Shown here in pieces: positions 11,617-24,630 of a DNA stretch of 64,000 nucleotides; position 1 is the stretch's first letter, and each line of letters starts with the position of its first letter. Under the pieces are notes generated by a model, which saw nothing but the letters and a program-made list of their open reading frames with translations, was not told the DNA's origin and made no database searches. Origin of the DNA: Amphiscolops sp. MND2022 (taxonomy: Eukaryota); NCBI GenBank assembly GCA_964187785.1, contig OZ076409.1, positions 15,564,001 through 15,628,000 on the forward strand, written 5' to 3'. A program made the translations under genes and the position numbers.

Positions 11617-14600
11617 AGAATCAGGAGACAGAGTAGCGTTCTTTTGACAAGTGTAGTTAGAAACTGTTCACGCGTTTTCTTCAAATTATCGGGCTATAGC
11701 TTACCATAAAAGGATGAGAGTCATCTGACATACTAGAGGATCAAAACATGCTGAGGTGTAATCATTCAAACAAATAGTAGTTTAGCATAATCTGCCAAAT
11801 TTTGAACTTAAGTGACATTTTGTATGACTGCCATGTTATTCATAAAAAGAAACAATGTAAGATCAGTCAATAATTTTGTGAGACCAGGATCAAACTTCGT
11901 GACAATTTGTGACCAAAATTATTCAAGGTTAATTTCAACTTTGAATTACTTTTAGCCGACTTTCGTTGCTATGAGAAGCCAGAGAGACCAAAAATGTCCG
12001 TAATATTTTTAGAGCGAACAAAAGCCGGCCTCTAAAAATGCTAACCAATCGAAAATGTACCAAATCATCAAAATCTGCCAGATTTCAATTTTAAGCCAGA
12101 TATAAATTATTGCCAGAATTTTCTAAAACGTCATTCAAATTTGATCAATATTTCAAGGACACTATTACGGTATATTAAAATTTACATATTGACGTACCAC
12201 CCCCTTTGGTAGTTGTTTTCTTACAGTTTAAGATATGTATGTGGTTTCCACGACACATGTATAAAGATATAGTCTTACTTTCCACAGTCGCTTTCGTGGC
12301 CATCGAACAGTGAATGCTATTTTGGTGGAAACCAGGACAATATGCTCAAAATGATGGAAACCAGGACAATACAGTCAGAATTAAACCTTGTGTCTCATTT
12401 TCCCCTGCGGTCGCTTGGGGAGGGGGCATTTTGCGCAATTATTGACGAAATGCAATTACCTTTGAAAAAGACAGCATGGTGAAAGCCATTCATAATTAAG
12501 TAATTAGACCCAAACACTTTAATATAACTTTATGCTGACATCAAAGCAGTATTTCAACCTATAAGGGTTAACCAAAAAGTTTGGCTTTCAATTCCATTTC
12601 GTTCATTGTTGCCAACAAACTCAAACGATCCAGTCTCTATTCTTTTTTGTCATCATTCAGTCTCTCTCCTCCTTCTGTTCTCATTCTGCCATCAATCAGT
12701 CTCTCTTACCAGGTCATCTGTACTCGGTCTCTCCGCAAACCCTTTTCTGCACCCAGTCTCTCTCCTCTCTCCACAAGTCATACATCTGTACTAAATTTCG
12801 CTTCTTGCTTCAATGGATGAACTCATCTCACAAAACGGCGACAACGCAGTTAATAAAATACATGGAAAGTCGAATACCCCACGCAAAGTTGGGTTTTGCT
12901 ACTACTGCCAAGTGTTCTACCCCAACGGGAAAATGAAGTACAAAGTTACACAAAAAAACACGTACGATGAAGATATCATTTTCGATGACATCTGGAGACC
13001 GAACAATAATCTTCATGTTAAGCCTTTTAGGGCTCAGCTCTAAACAGCCAGTACCCCGCAAATCAAATCCAGTACAGCAGAAACCCAAAGAAGATATTAT
13101 AAGCCCTCTCGAGCCACTACTGCTTCAACAGAAGAAACTTAATGCTTTGTTGATCTGTTTTTTTCATATATATTTTTGTATTTAGATGATCAAATAATTT
13201 TTTCATATACAGTCATTTTCTGTACAAAGCTCTAAATTGTTTGAGTTAACGTAGACCGAGAACCGCGCAGAGAGAGGAAAATGAGCTATATATTACACAG
13301 ATATTCGTGTTTTTCAAAAAGAGGGCGTTAGCCAACAGAGAAGCTTTGGAAGCGGACAAGAAGTAAAACTAGATTCAGTAAATTCAGCTAACGAAGTCAT
13401 AGTCTAATGAAAACGAATTAATGAAAACAATTTTGCATGGCATTTTATAAAAACATGGCATTTATATATAACTGTCTTGTCATCAAAATATGGCAGAATT
13501 TTATCAACTGCCATTTTTTTGAGCATTCAACGAATGAGCTAGTTCTTGAATGGTCCTAAAGCGACTGTGGAAAGTAAGACTATATCTTTATACATGTGTC
13601 GTGGAAACCACATACATATCTTAAACTGTAAGAAAACAACTACCAAAGGAGGTAGTACGTCATTATTTAAAATCTTTTATACCTTAATGTTGTCATGGAA
13701 ATATTGCTCAATTTTGAATGACGTTTTATAAAATTCTAGCATTTAAAAAATCTGGCTTGTCATCAAAATCTGGCAGATTCTTTTGAACTGCAGTTTTTCG
13801 ACTAGTTTACTTTAACAATTGAGCTTAGTGTTACGTCCATAATCAAATCCGTTTGTATTTGCTTGGTTTCAAAATATATTAGTCACGAAAATATGGTTCC
13901 CACGTCACGTAAAGAGAAGGCTGCGAATTCTTCATTCAATAATCTGTTTTGGTATGCCGTTTTTCAGCTACATTTTTGTAGGTAGTATCAGCAATCATAA
14001 GTACGTATCAGATTACGCTCAGTACAAAGTCCTCAAAATTGAAGAACATTCCTTAGATTGAAATTTTATATGATATTGCTTACCTTGAGTACTGGGAGTT
14101 CGGATAGATAAGTATGTCTCGAAACCCTTGCACAAAGAGGAATGAAGTAGCAAAAGTGGCAATGAATCAATATCAAACAAAGTTTCAACGAGCGAGAAAT
14201 GACAAATAAACGAGCAGTTAATCAGCTAGGTAGCTCAAAATTGCAAAGTACTAACTAAACGTGACTTTTCACGGACTATGGTTGACCAAAGAATCAGGAG
14301 AGAGAGACAAAGTAGCGTTCTCTTTTGACAAGTGTAGTTAGAAACTGTTCACGCGTTTTCAAATTATCGGACTATAGCTTACCATTAAAGGATGAGAGTC
14401 ACCTGACATAGTGGAGGATCAAAACATGCTAAGGTGTAACCAATCAAACAAATGGTAGTTAAGCATAATCTGCCAAATTTTGAACTTAAGTGACATTTTG
14501 TATGACTGCCATGTTATTCAAAAAAAGAAACAATGTAAGATCAGTCAATAATTTTGTGAGACCAGGATCAAACTTTGTGACAATTTGTGACCAAAATTAT

Positions 14601-17340
14601 TCAAGGTTAATTTCACCTTTGAATTACTTTTAGCCGAATTTCTTTGCTAGAAGTCAGAGGGACGAAATATGTCCATAATATCTTTCGTGAGGACAAAAAA
14701 GAGGCCTTTTAGAATACTAAAATGAAAAAAAGATTTTGTGATATTTTGGTCCCAATCGTGAGTTAAAAAATTACTCACGATTGGGACCAAAATTATTCAT
14801 GATTAATTTCATCTTTGAAATACTTTTTTAGCCGATGTTCGTTTCTATAAGAAGTCAGAGGGACGAAATATGTCCATAATATCTTTCGTGCGACAAAAAG
14901 CCGGCCTCTAAAAACGCTAATCAATCGAAAACAGATTCTTTTTTATTAGAGTCTGGCATATTTCAATGACAAGCTAGGTATAAATGAATGTCAGAATACT
15001 CTAAAACGTCATTCAAAATTGAGCCATTCTTCCATGACACTACTACGGTATATTAAAACTCACATATTGACGTACTACCCTCTTTGGTAGTTGTTTTCTA
15101 ACAGTTTAAGATATGTATGCGGTTTCCACGACACATGTATAAAGATATGGTCTTACTTTCCACAGTCGTTTTAGCTCATTCGTTGAATGTGATACTACAA
15201 AAATGGCGGTTTATCAAAATCTGCCAGATTTTGATGACAAGCTAGATAATATTAAACGCCATGTTATTCGAAAACGCCATTCAAACATTGAGCAGTTTTT
15301 CCTTGACCATAGGACGGCATAATAGATTTTAAATTTTGACGTATTACAATACAGTCAGAATTAAACCTCGTGTCTCATTTTCCCCTGCGGTCGCTTGGGG
15401 AGGGGGCATTTTGCGCAATTATTGACGAAATGCAATTACCTTTGAAAAAGACAGCATGGTGAAAGCCATTTATAATTAAGTAATTAGACCCAAACACTTT
15501 AATATAACTTTATGCTGACATCAAAGCAGTATTTCAACCAATAAGGGTTAACCAAAAAGTTTGGCTTTCAATTCCATTTCGTTCATTGTTGCCAACAAAC
15601 TCAAACGATCCAGTCTCTATTCTTTTTTGTCATCATTCAGTCTCTCTCCTCCTTCTGTTCTCATTCTGCCATCAATCAGTCTCTCTCACCAGGTCATCTG
15701 TACTCGGTCTCTCCACAAACCCTTTTCTGCACCCAGTCTCTCTCCTCTCTCCACAAGTCATACATCTGTACTACATTTCGCTTCTTGCTTCAATGGATGA
15801 ACTCATCTCACAAAACGGCGAAAACGCAGTTAATAAAATACATGGAAAGTCGAATACCCCACGCAAAGTTGGGTTTTGCTACTACTGCCAAGTGTTCTAC
15901 CCCAACGGGAAAATGAAGTACAAAGTTACACAAAAAAACACGTACGATGAAGATATCATTTTCGATGACATCTGGAGACCGAACAATAATCTTCATGTTA
16001 AGCCTTTTAGGGCTCAGCTCTAAACAGCCAGTACCCCGCAAATCAAATCCAGTACAGCAGAAACCCAAAGAAGATATTATAAGCCCTCTCGAGCCACTAC
16101 TGCTTCAACAGAAGAAACTTAATGATTTGTTGATCTGTTTTTTTTCATATATATTTTTGTATTTAGATGATCAATTAATTTTTTCATATACAGTCATTTT
16201 CTGTACAAAGCTCTAAATTGTTTGAGTTAACGTAGACCGAGAACCGCGCAGAGAGAGGAAAATGAGCTATATATTACACAGATATTCGTGTTTTTCAAAA
16301 AGGGCGTTAGCCAACAGAGAAGCTTTGGAAGCGGACAAGAAGTAAAACTAGATTCAGTAAATTCAGCTAACGAAGTCCTAGTCTAATGAAAACGAAATAA
16401 TGAAAACAATTTTGCATGGCATTTTATAAAAACATGGCATTTATATATAACTGTCTTGTCATCAAAATATGGCAGAATTTTATCAACTGCCATTTTTTTG
16501 AGCATTCAACGAATGAGCTAGTTCTTGAATGGTCCTAAAACGACTGTGGAAAGTAGGACTATATCGTTATACATGTGTCGTGGAAACCGCATACATATCT
16601 TAAACTGTAAGAAAACAACTACCAAAGGGGGTAGTACGTCAATATTCAAATCTGACTGTATTGTCCTGGTTTCCACCATTTTGAGCATATTGTCCTGGTT
16701 TCCACCAAAATAGCATTCACTGTTCGATGGCCACGAAAGCGACTGTGGAAAGTAAGACTATATCTTTATACATGTGTCGTGGAAACCGCTTACATATCTT
16801 AAACTGTAAGACAACAACTACCAAAGGGGGTAGTACGTCAATATTCAAATCTGACTGTATTGTCCTGGTTTCCACCATTTTGAGCATATTGTCCTGGTTT
16901 CCACCAAAATAGCATTCACTGTTCGATGGCCACGAAAGCGACTGTGGAAAGTAAGACTATATCTTTATACATGTGTCGTGGAAACCACATACATATCTTA
17001 AACTGTAAGAAAACAACTACCAAAGGAGGTAGTACGTCATTATTTAAAATCTTTTATACCTTAATGTTGTCATGGAAATATTGCTCAATTTTGAATGACG
17101 TTTTATAAAATTCTGGCATTTGAAAAATCTGGCTTGTCATCAAAATCTGGCAGATTCTTCTGAACTGCAGTTTTTCGACTAGTTTACTTTAACGATTGAG
17201 CTTAGTGTTACGTCTATAATCAAATCCGTTTGTATTTGCTTGGTTTCAAAATATATTAATCACGAAAATATGGTTCCCACGTCACGTAAAGAGAGGGCTG
17301 CTAATTCTTCATTCAATAATCTGTTTTGGTATGCCGTTTT
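11617..17340 (+). repeat. Tandem segmental duplication (~11617-13965 and ~14290-17340) containing a ~950-bp module
   Basis: Both units start agaatcaggaga...gtagcgttc...tgacaagtgtagttagaaactgttcacgcg and end ...ggtatgccgtttt. Near-identical small ORFs at 12581/15561, 12813/15793 and 12967/15947. Confidence 0.9.
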
Positions 17341-17902
17341 CCACTTTCGAACAAACTGCCAGATCATCACAATCTGCCATTTTTTGATGACATGCTTTAA
17401 TTTTGGTACCAGTCATGAGTATCTCTAATCGTATTTTGGGATTTTTCGTTTCAATCAAAACAATTTCAATTAATATAACTTGTTAAAAAATGTCTTTCGT
17501 GAGGACAAAAAGGTAGCCTTTTAGTATACCAAAATGAAAAAAATGGTGATATTTTAGTCCCAATCGTGGGTAAAAAATTACTCACGATTGGGACCAAAAT
17601 TATTCATGAATAATTTCACCTTGGAAATACTTTTGCTGTCGCCTTGCGAATGCTGATGATAAAGAATTCGAAGATAGAGCAATACTATATTTAACAAAAG
17701 ACCATGTGGTGAATGGCCGCTGATGTTATTCTGCTTGATACGGTTCTGTTTGTAAATAGGGTATCAATTTGTGTTAAATATATGTTTACAACTTGCTTTG
17801 AATTAACTGTTTGATTAATTGGTTTTGTTCGAGAGTGAGGTCAAGGTCAACTCTCTCAACTAATAACTTTGGTCGTGAGACCGTAAGGAATATAGTTATA
17901 AC

Positions 17903-18210
17903 TAGGGCAACCGCAATTTGCCCTTTATTGATTAAAATTTTGCCCTTTATTTGCCGCCCTTCATTTTAAAATTTGCCCCTTATTTGCCCTTTATCGGCAC
18001 GCGTTTGAAAACGAAGGTTCAACAAAAAAAGGCAAATTCACTTATTAAAAGTTTTCAATTAACATTAGAACCCACTGTCTCAACGCATTTGTACGTCACC
18101 AAAAACTGCCTTTCTCCAATTTCTCCCACATGAACAAACTTTTTATCGAAATTTTTGCCCCTAACCCTAGTTTAGCCCCTTTTGCCTTTTTGCCCTTTTT
18201 GGTTGCCCTA
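17903..18210. mobile_element. hAT-type MITE (308 bp)
   Basis: TIR tagggcaacc...ggttgcccta; 8-bp TSD gttataac on both sides; internal tttgccc repeats. Confidence 0.9.
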
Positions 18211-18361
18211 GTTATAACAAGTTACATGACTGTTGATGGTACTCTACGGGTGCTAGCACAAATTGTATGTGTTAGGGTATCGTACTCAATTTAGCAACAA
18301 CGAGTTGGTGTACGTATGGGTTATAAAATTTTACATGACTTCATGACACCATGCTTCATAA

Positions 18362-18548
18362 TAGGGCTGTGCAATTATCATTTTTCTGAGTTCGGTCGGT
18401 TCCAAGTAAAACTGGGCCTTAATAGAAATGCTTCAATCTAAATGGTTAACGAATTAACCGAAGTCGGTTATATAATAAGTCGGTCGGTTTCGGTTATTGC
18501 CAACTTCGATCTGTTAATCGAGTTCGGTCGGTTAATTGCACAGCCCTA
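18362..18548. mobile_element. hAT-type MITE (187 bp)
   Basis: TIR tagggctgtgcaatta...taattgcacagcccta; 8-bp TSD cttcataa. Confidence 0.9.
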
Positions 18549-18620
18549 CTTCATAACTAACAAATGTTGAGGTTTATGTTTGTTTTTGAGTTTGTTTGTC
18601 GCTTCTTTGCTTCTTTGACT

Positions 18621-20600
18621 TCAGTTTTGGTCTTCTGCTTGTGTTCCATCAATCCGTGTGACCATGACGTTTTGGCCGTAGAAGTTTGTTTTGTATCTTC
18701 GGCGCTCTCCTCTTCTGTTCTCGCTTCCCTCTTGGACTGTTTGTCGCCTTGGTGGCAACTCGTTTGGCTCTTTCAGCTCGGGTGGTTCTGGCATTTCTCT
18801 CTTTTGTGGCATTGTTGGCCTTGTTTCTTCCTCTGATTCTTGTTTTTTTTGCTGCTGCTCTTCGTCTTTTTCTTTGGCCATCATCTCCTCTTCGTCGCTC
18901 TCTAGTGCGTTGATAGTTTTTAGGTTCGGGCTGTTTGCTGTTTGTTGTTTCTTCTTCTTGTTTTGTCTTCGTCTCCTTTGCTGTCTTATTGCCTTCTTCA
19001 GTTTTTCTATTGCTGGTCTTTTTGTTTTTGTTTGTTTCTCGCTCCTGATTGGTTGTTCTGTCATTGCGCTGGTTGATTGTTCAGGCGGGAAACTGGCAAT
19101 TTCTTGTATTGAGTCATTTGACTCATTTTGCGCTTCGCTGTTTGTCTGCTGTACGCCGCTGCTGTGCGTTTCGCTCATAATTGCTGTATCGTTCAGGCTT
19201 TCTCTTTCTTTTTGTAGCCATCTGTCTGCGTCTTTTGAGCAGCATGGTTCAAGTTGATCGTGCCCAATCATCGTGCCCAACATGATGTCTCTTTTTGACA
19301 TGATGGTTGCTTTGCCCTTTCCTGCAGAAAGGAATGTCACTGTGTGTTCGGTCTCTTCTAGCAGGGTCCCCTTTTTCTTCTTGTATGCCCCTTCTAATTT
19401 GCTTCCCCGGGTTCTTTCTCGCACGAGAATAGCTGAGTCCTGGCCTGACTCAAAATCTGTCTCCGTTAGCTTGATATCTGATGTATCTGAAAAACACATG
19501 TCCCGATTTATTACAAGTCTCATTATCGTGTTAGGTTCTGTGCCCGTGTACTTCTCATATGGCGTTTTTCCGTTTTTTGTGGGGTACACTCGAAGTACGA
19601 ATAGTATCTCGGAAAGGCGTGAATTATCTCTTTCTACTACTATTTTCTTATTTGTCCTAAGCCTTTCATTAGTCTCTTTTGGCAGAATTCTTTGAACCGC
19701 TTACTACGGAATATTGTTGCTGGATCCGTTCTTATCTTTTGCGGTATTCCATGTCTTTCAATGTACCTTTTTAAAAATTCTATTACATTTTCTGTAGTTG
19801 GCTTTCTTAACAAATTAGCCTCGGGCCATCCAGAAAAAGGATCGACTGAAACTAATAGATATTTACGCGCGTTTATGGCGTTTTGGAACGGCCTTGCGAA
19901 ATCGATTGCTATTTCTTGATTGTTTTCTACACATTTTGGCAGTTTTCCTATTTGTTTTTGAGTTAGTATAGTTTTGATGTTCTTACCTGGTTCGCGGCAT
20001 AGTGGGCAAGATCGGGCGATTGCTACTACCTCTCGATGTAATCGAGGCCACCACACGTTAGATAATGTCGCTAGCATCGAATCTCGTCCGGGGTGTCCAT
20101 AATGTAATGATCTCATTATTATGGGGCGGAGCGTTTTCGGGATGACCAACCGTTCATCCATATAGAGAAAGTCATGTTGGTCTAAACTAAGGCTTCTGAA
20201 TTTCTCTCTCCACGGTGCGGGGAGGCGGTTTATTTTTGTCGAGTCCGGCTTCTTCATTAAATTTATTATTTTCTGCAGAAACTCATCAGTCTCATACTGC
20301 GAAGCGAATGTGACGTTTCCGAGGGTTTGTAACACCTCTATTTGGTTCATAGAGTAACAGACGGGTGTTTTGATTGGTGGCTTGTCCGCCATTCGCTGTA
20401 GCTCTTCGCTCATTTTATCGTTGTCGATATCTCGATATCGTCTGAGCTTGTCTCGCTAATTGCTGTCGCTTGAATGATTGCGGCTATTTGTTTAAATGGC
20501 GCTTTGTTTACATTCGTTGCTTCGCGTTCGAGTGCCGTCACCTTGTTATCTTGCCGCTCGCTCGCGTTTGCCAATTTCGTTCTTATTGGCTGATTCTTAG
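18621..20600 (-). mobile_element. Truncated Ty3/Gypsy pol remnant (integrase zinc-binding domain, partial core, C-terminal tail)
   Basis: LHYGHPGRDSM...WWPRLHREVVAIARSCPLC (HHCC); IAIDFARPF...VDPFSGWPEA...RTDPATIF. Internal deletion and frameshift near 19680-19600; no RT seen. Confidence 0.85.
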
Positions 20601-21466
20601 TCGCTTTCGTGGCCATCGAACAGTGAATGCTATTTTGGTGGAAACCAGGACAATATGCTCAAAATGATGGAAACCAGGACAATACAGTCCGATTTGAATA
20701 TTGACGTACTACCCCCTTTGGTAGTTGTTTTCTTACAGTTTAAGATATGTATGCGGTTTCCACGACACATGTATAACGATATGGTCCACCTTTCCACAGT
20801 CGTTTTAGGACCATTCAAGAACCAGCTCATTGGTTGAATGCTAATAAAAAAAAGGCAGTTGATAAAAATCTGCCATATTTTGATGACAAGACAATTATCA
20901 ATAAATGCCACGTTTTCAAAAAAATGCCATGTAAAATTGTTTTCAGTGTTTTCATGAGACTAGGACTTTTGAGATAAATTTTGCGTTAATTACAAATCAG
21001 AGAGACAAAATCTGCCCATAATATCTTTCGTTAGGACAAATACATGCCTCTCAGTTTTTCAATATGAAGGAAGAAAACGAAAACGAAACAAAACGAAAAG
21101 ACTGTCAAAACTGTATTCTTTAACGGTATTCTGATTCTATTTGTTTTTAATTTTACACATTTCTTTTCTCACAGCTTTCAAGGGTACAAATTTATCACTC
21201 TACCACACTTCCCTTACAATTAAAAATCTCGGACGTTGGAGTAACGGTTTACAACATTAGTTTAGTTACACATTGGACTCAGGTAATTCATAGACATACC
21301 ATGAAGAATACAGTACAGTTTACAGAAGTTTTTAGGTTAACACTGAACATAACTGCTAGCATGATTGGTGTTACTACAACACTCTCATTTAACTATAGCA
21401 ACTGTTTAAAAGAACACAATTGTTTAAAAGTTTCTCGATTGTTTTTCTTTACATTGGTTTTGGGAT

Positions 21467-22990
21467 CTCATACACACTTGTTGCCCAGGCGGTCTGGTTT
21501 CTTCGTCACTCGGCTCGACGTTCTTTTTTTTCCCATTTGATCGACACACCACTTTCACCGTGACTAGCACTCGTCACTTCTCTTTCCTCGTCTTTCTTTT
21601 GTTGTTCATTTGTTTCCTCAGGTTGTGATACCATTTCGGTTTTGTGCATATTTACATCTTCTTGATTGTCGCTACAATCTTCTTGTTGCGTGTCTTGATC
21701 ATCTGATTCTTCAGGGTTTATATATGGTGCCACATCGCTCCACTTGGGTACTTTCCCCATTTCCTGCTTTTGTTGGCTGATTTTTGTTTTTGTTCGTTTG
21801 GCCACTTTCTTTGCTTTTGGCACATTTCCGTTCTCCTTGTTGGGCTTCGTTCCGCTGCTGCATTGAGGTTCGTCTTCATTTGGCGTTTCTCGTCTTAGCC
21901 ACGCTACATCTCTTTTTGAGTAGGTTCTCTCTTTTCCTGTTTTGGGGAGGATTGTTATTGTATGCCCCGACTGCCCTTCTACGGCACCTTTGACTTTTTT
22001 AAATGCTCCCTCGAGCTTGGTGCCTCTCATCCTTTCGCGTACCAAGATGGTCGAATCTGTTTCACTGAAATCCTCTGGATCAATTTCTATCAACGGGTCT
22101 TTGTCTAAAACACATTTTTCAACCATCACTGATTTTAGTGTATTCGGTTTTCGCCCTGTTTGTCCTTCAAAAGCTGATTTTCCATCCGCCACTTTTTCTG
22201 TCCCCAAAGCAAATAAAATGTTTGAGATTGAAAATTGATAAAGTTTAATGATTGAGATTGATAAAATTTTGAGATGAAATTCAATCCCTTTTTCCGACAT
22301 AGGTTTTGGCATGTGGCCATCCCGAATTATTATCTACCGATACGAGTAAATACTTATTTCGTTTATGCGCATTTTGAAAGGGCCCCGAAAATCGATTGAA
22401 ATTTCTTCATTTGACTCTTTTGCTTCCGGTAACTTTCCAAACTCTTTTTGCGTTTTCAAACAATTTAGGTTCTTACCTGTTTTTTGGCATTCTGAACAGA
22501 TTTGGGCTTTCTCTACAATTTCCCTGTGGATTTTCGGCCACCAAATGTCCGAGGCCTCTCGCAGCATAGTGTCCCTCCCGGCGTGTCCAAAGTGAATCGC
22601 TCTCAATAAATTTTCTCGCATATCCTTCGGGATAACTAGACGGTTGTCCATAAATAGTAAACCCTTTTCGTTGACGCTGAATGAGGGAAATTTTTCCCTC
22701 CAAGGAGGTGGAAGACGCGAAATAACTGTAGTGTTTTTTTCTTTAACCAAGCGAATAACTTTTTGAATTACTTTATCGTTTTCATAGTTTGCTTGAATAT
22801 ACACTTGGCTTATTTTAGAATTTGTCAAAATGCTATCATCTGCCATTTTAAGAACTTGCTTATAATGACCAACTTGTTTGCTTTTCTCTACTCGTGTGCA
22901 ACGGCGCGTGAAGTTTCAACACTTCCCTTTTTGATCCCTTTGCTTAATTGCGATTTTGCTGCGTTCTTATTGGTTCGCTTATTTTAGCCA
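21467..22990 (-). mobile_element. Second truncated Ty3/Gypsy pol remnant (related family)
   Basis: IHFGHAGRDTMLREASDIWWPKIHREIVEKAQICSEC; the tail DSTILVRERMRGTKLEGAFKK is paralogous to DSAILVRERTRGSKLEGAYKK in ORF 18621-19589. Integrase core deleted. Confidence 0.85.
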
Positions 22991-23689
22991 TTACCGTTCA
23001 ATGAATGGAGTTATATCTATATGGCATTTTATAATAGTATGGCATTTATATATTAAAATCTGGCAGGTTTTGTCAAAGTGTCTCGTTTCAAATTGGTTAA
23101 CATTCTTAGAGGCCCGCATTTTGTCCTCACGAAATTTATTTTGGACTTATTTTGTCTCTCTGACTTCTAATAGCAACGAAATGAAATTCGGCTAAAAAAG
23201 TAATTCAAATGTGAAATTCTAAATGTCTTAGAAGAAATACACTCATCTGCGGAAGATGAACCTGCGTCCCATTGTTGAGCCTTGGACCCCCTTTGGTAGT
23301 TGTTTTCTTACAGTTTAAAATATGTATGCGGTTTCCACGACACATGTATAAAGATATGGTCTTACTTTCCATATTTGTTTTTCCTCATTCGCTGGAGGTC
23401 AACCTAAGAAAATGGCAGTTTATCAAAATCTGCCAGATTCTAATTACGAACAAAATGATAATAAATGCCAGAATATTATAAAATTTAAAATTGGACAATG
23501 TTTTCATGACCATAAGACGGTTTATAAGGTTTGAAATATTGACGTACTACCTACCCCCTTTGGTAGTTGTTTTCTTACACTTTAAGATATGTATGTGGTT
23601 TCCACGCCACATGTATAAAGATATAGTCTTACTTTCCACAGTCGCTTTCGTGGCCATCGAACAGTGAATGCTATTTTGGTGGAAACCAG

Positions 23690-24630
23690 GACAATACAGT
23701 CAGAATTAAACCTTGTGTCTCATTTTCCCCTGCGGTCGCTTGGGGAGGGGCATTTTGCGCAATTATTGACGAAATGCAATTACCTTTGAAAAAGACAGCA
23801 TGGTGAAAGCCATTTATAATTAAGTAATTAGACCCAAACACTTTAATATAACTTTATGCTGACATCAAAGCAGTATTTCAACCAATAAGGGTTAACCAAA
23901 AAGTTTGGCTTTCAATTCCATTTCGTTCATTGTTGCCAACAAACTCAAACGATCCAGTCTCTATTCTTTTTTGTCATCATTCAGTCTCTCTCCTCCTTCT
24001 GTTCTCATTCTGCCATCAATCAGTCTCTCTTACCAGGTCATCTGTACTCGGTCTCTCCGCAAACCCTTTTCTGCACCCAGTCTCTCTCCTCTCTCCACAA
24101 GTCATACATCTGTACTAAATTTCGCTTCTTGCTTCAATGGATGAACTCATCTCACAAAACAGCGACAACGCAGTTAATAAAATACATGGAAAGTCTAATA
24201 CCCCACGCAAAGTTGGGTTTTGCTACTACTGCCAAGTGTTCTACCCCAACGGGAAAATGAAGCACAAAGTTACACAAAAAAACACGTACGATGAAGATAT
24301 CATTTTCGATGACATCTGGAGACCGAACAATAATCTTCATGTTAAGCCTTTTAGGGCTCAGCTCTAAACAGCCAGTACCCCGCAAATCAAATCCAGTACA
24401 GCAGAAACCCAAAGAAGATATTATAAGCCCTCTCGAGCCACTACTGCTTCAACAGAAGAAACTTAATGATTTGTTGATCTGTTTTTTTTTCATATATATT
24501 TTTGTATTTAGATGATCAATTAATTTTTTCATATACAGTCATTTTCCGTACAAAGCTCTAAATTGTTTGAGTTAACGTAGACCGAGAAACGCGCAGAGAG
24601 GAAAATGAATTATATATTACACAAATATTC
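23690..24630 (+). repeat. Third copy of the ~950-bp module (others at ~12380-13330 and ~15350-16320; partial inverted copy at ~9060-9190)
   Basis: Near-identical sequence and ORFs (23905, 24137, 24291) to the copies at 12.6 and 15.6 kb. Confidence 0.9.

Larger units (their letters stand above)
1655..23644. repeat. Locally restricted interspersed repeat family (~100-bp core within a ~199-bp unit), about 15 copies in both orientations
   Basis: Core ttgacgtactaccccctttggtagttgttttcttacagtttaagatatgtatg(c/t)ggtttccacgacacatgtataaagatat(a/g)gtcttactttccacagtcg. Plus-strand copies at ~1655, 1826, 4810, 5009, 12189, 15067, 20701, 23287 (partial) and 23539. Minus-strand copies at ~8712, 8883, 13562, 16541, 16740 and 16939. 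Tandem period 199 bp at 4810/5009 and 16541/16740/16939. Not seen beyond ~25 kb. Confidence 0.95.

Noticed and set aside
18691..19695. Hydrophobic plus-strand ORFs resembling membrane proteins
   Set aside because: Antisense shadows of the Lys/Glu/Gln-rich Gypsy pol tail.
4938..20911. Recurring small ORFs such as MNGPKTTVESKTISLYMCRGN
   Set aside because: They are translations of the 199-bp repeat with variable starts and stops; no evidence of coding function.
1655..23644. CRISPR array or integron cassette array interpretation of the interspersed repeats
   Set aside because: Units are 100-200 bp, irregularly spaced, in both orientations and often inside spliceosomal introns; no cas genes; eukaryotic context.
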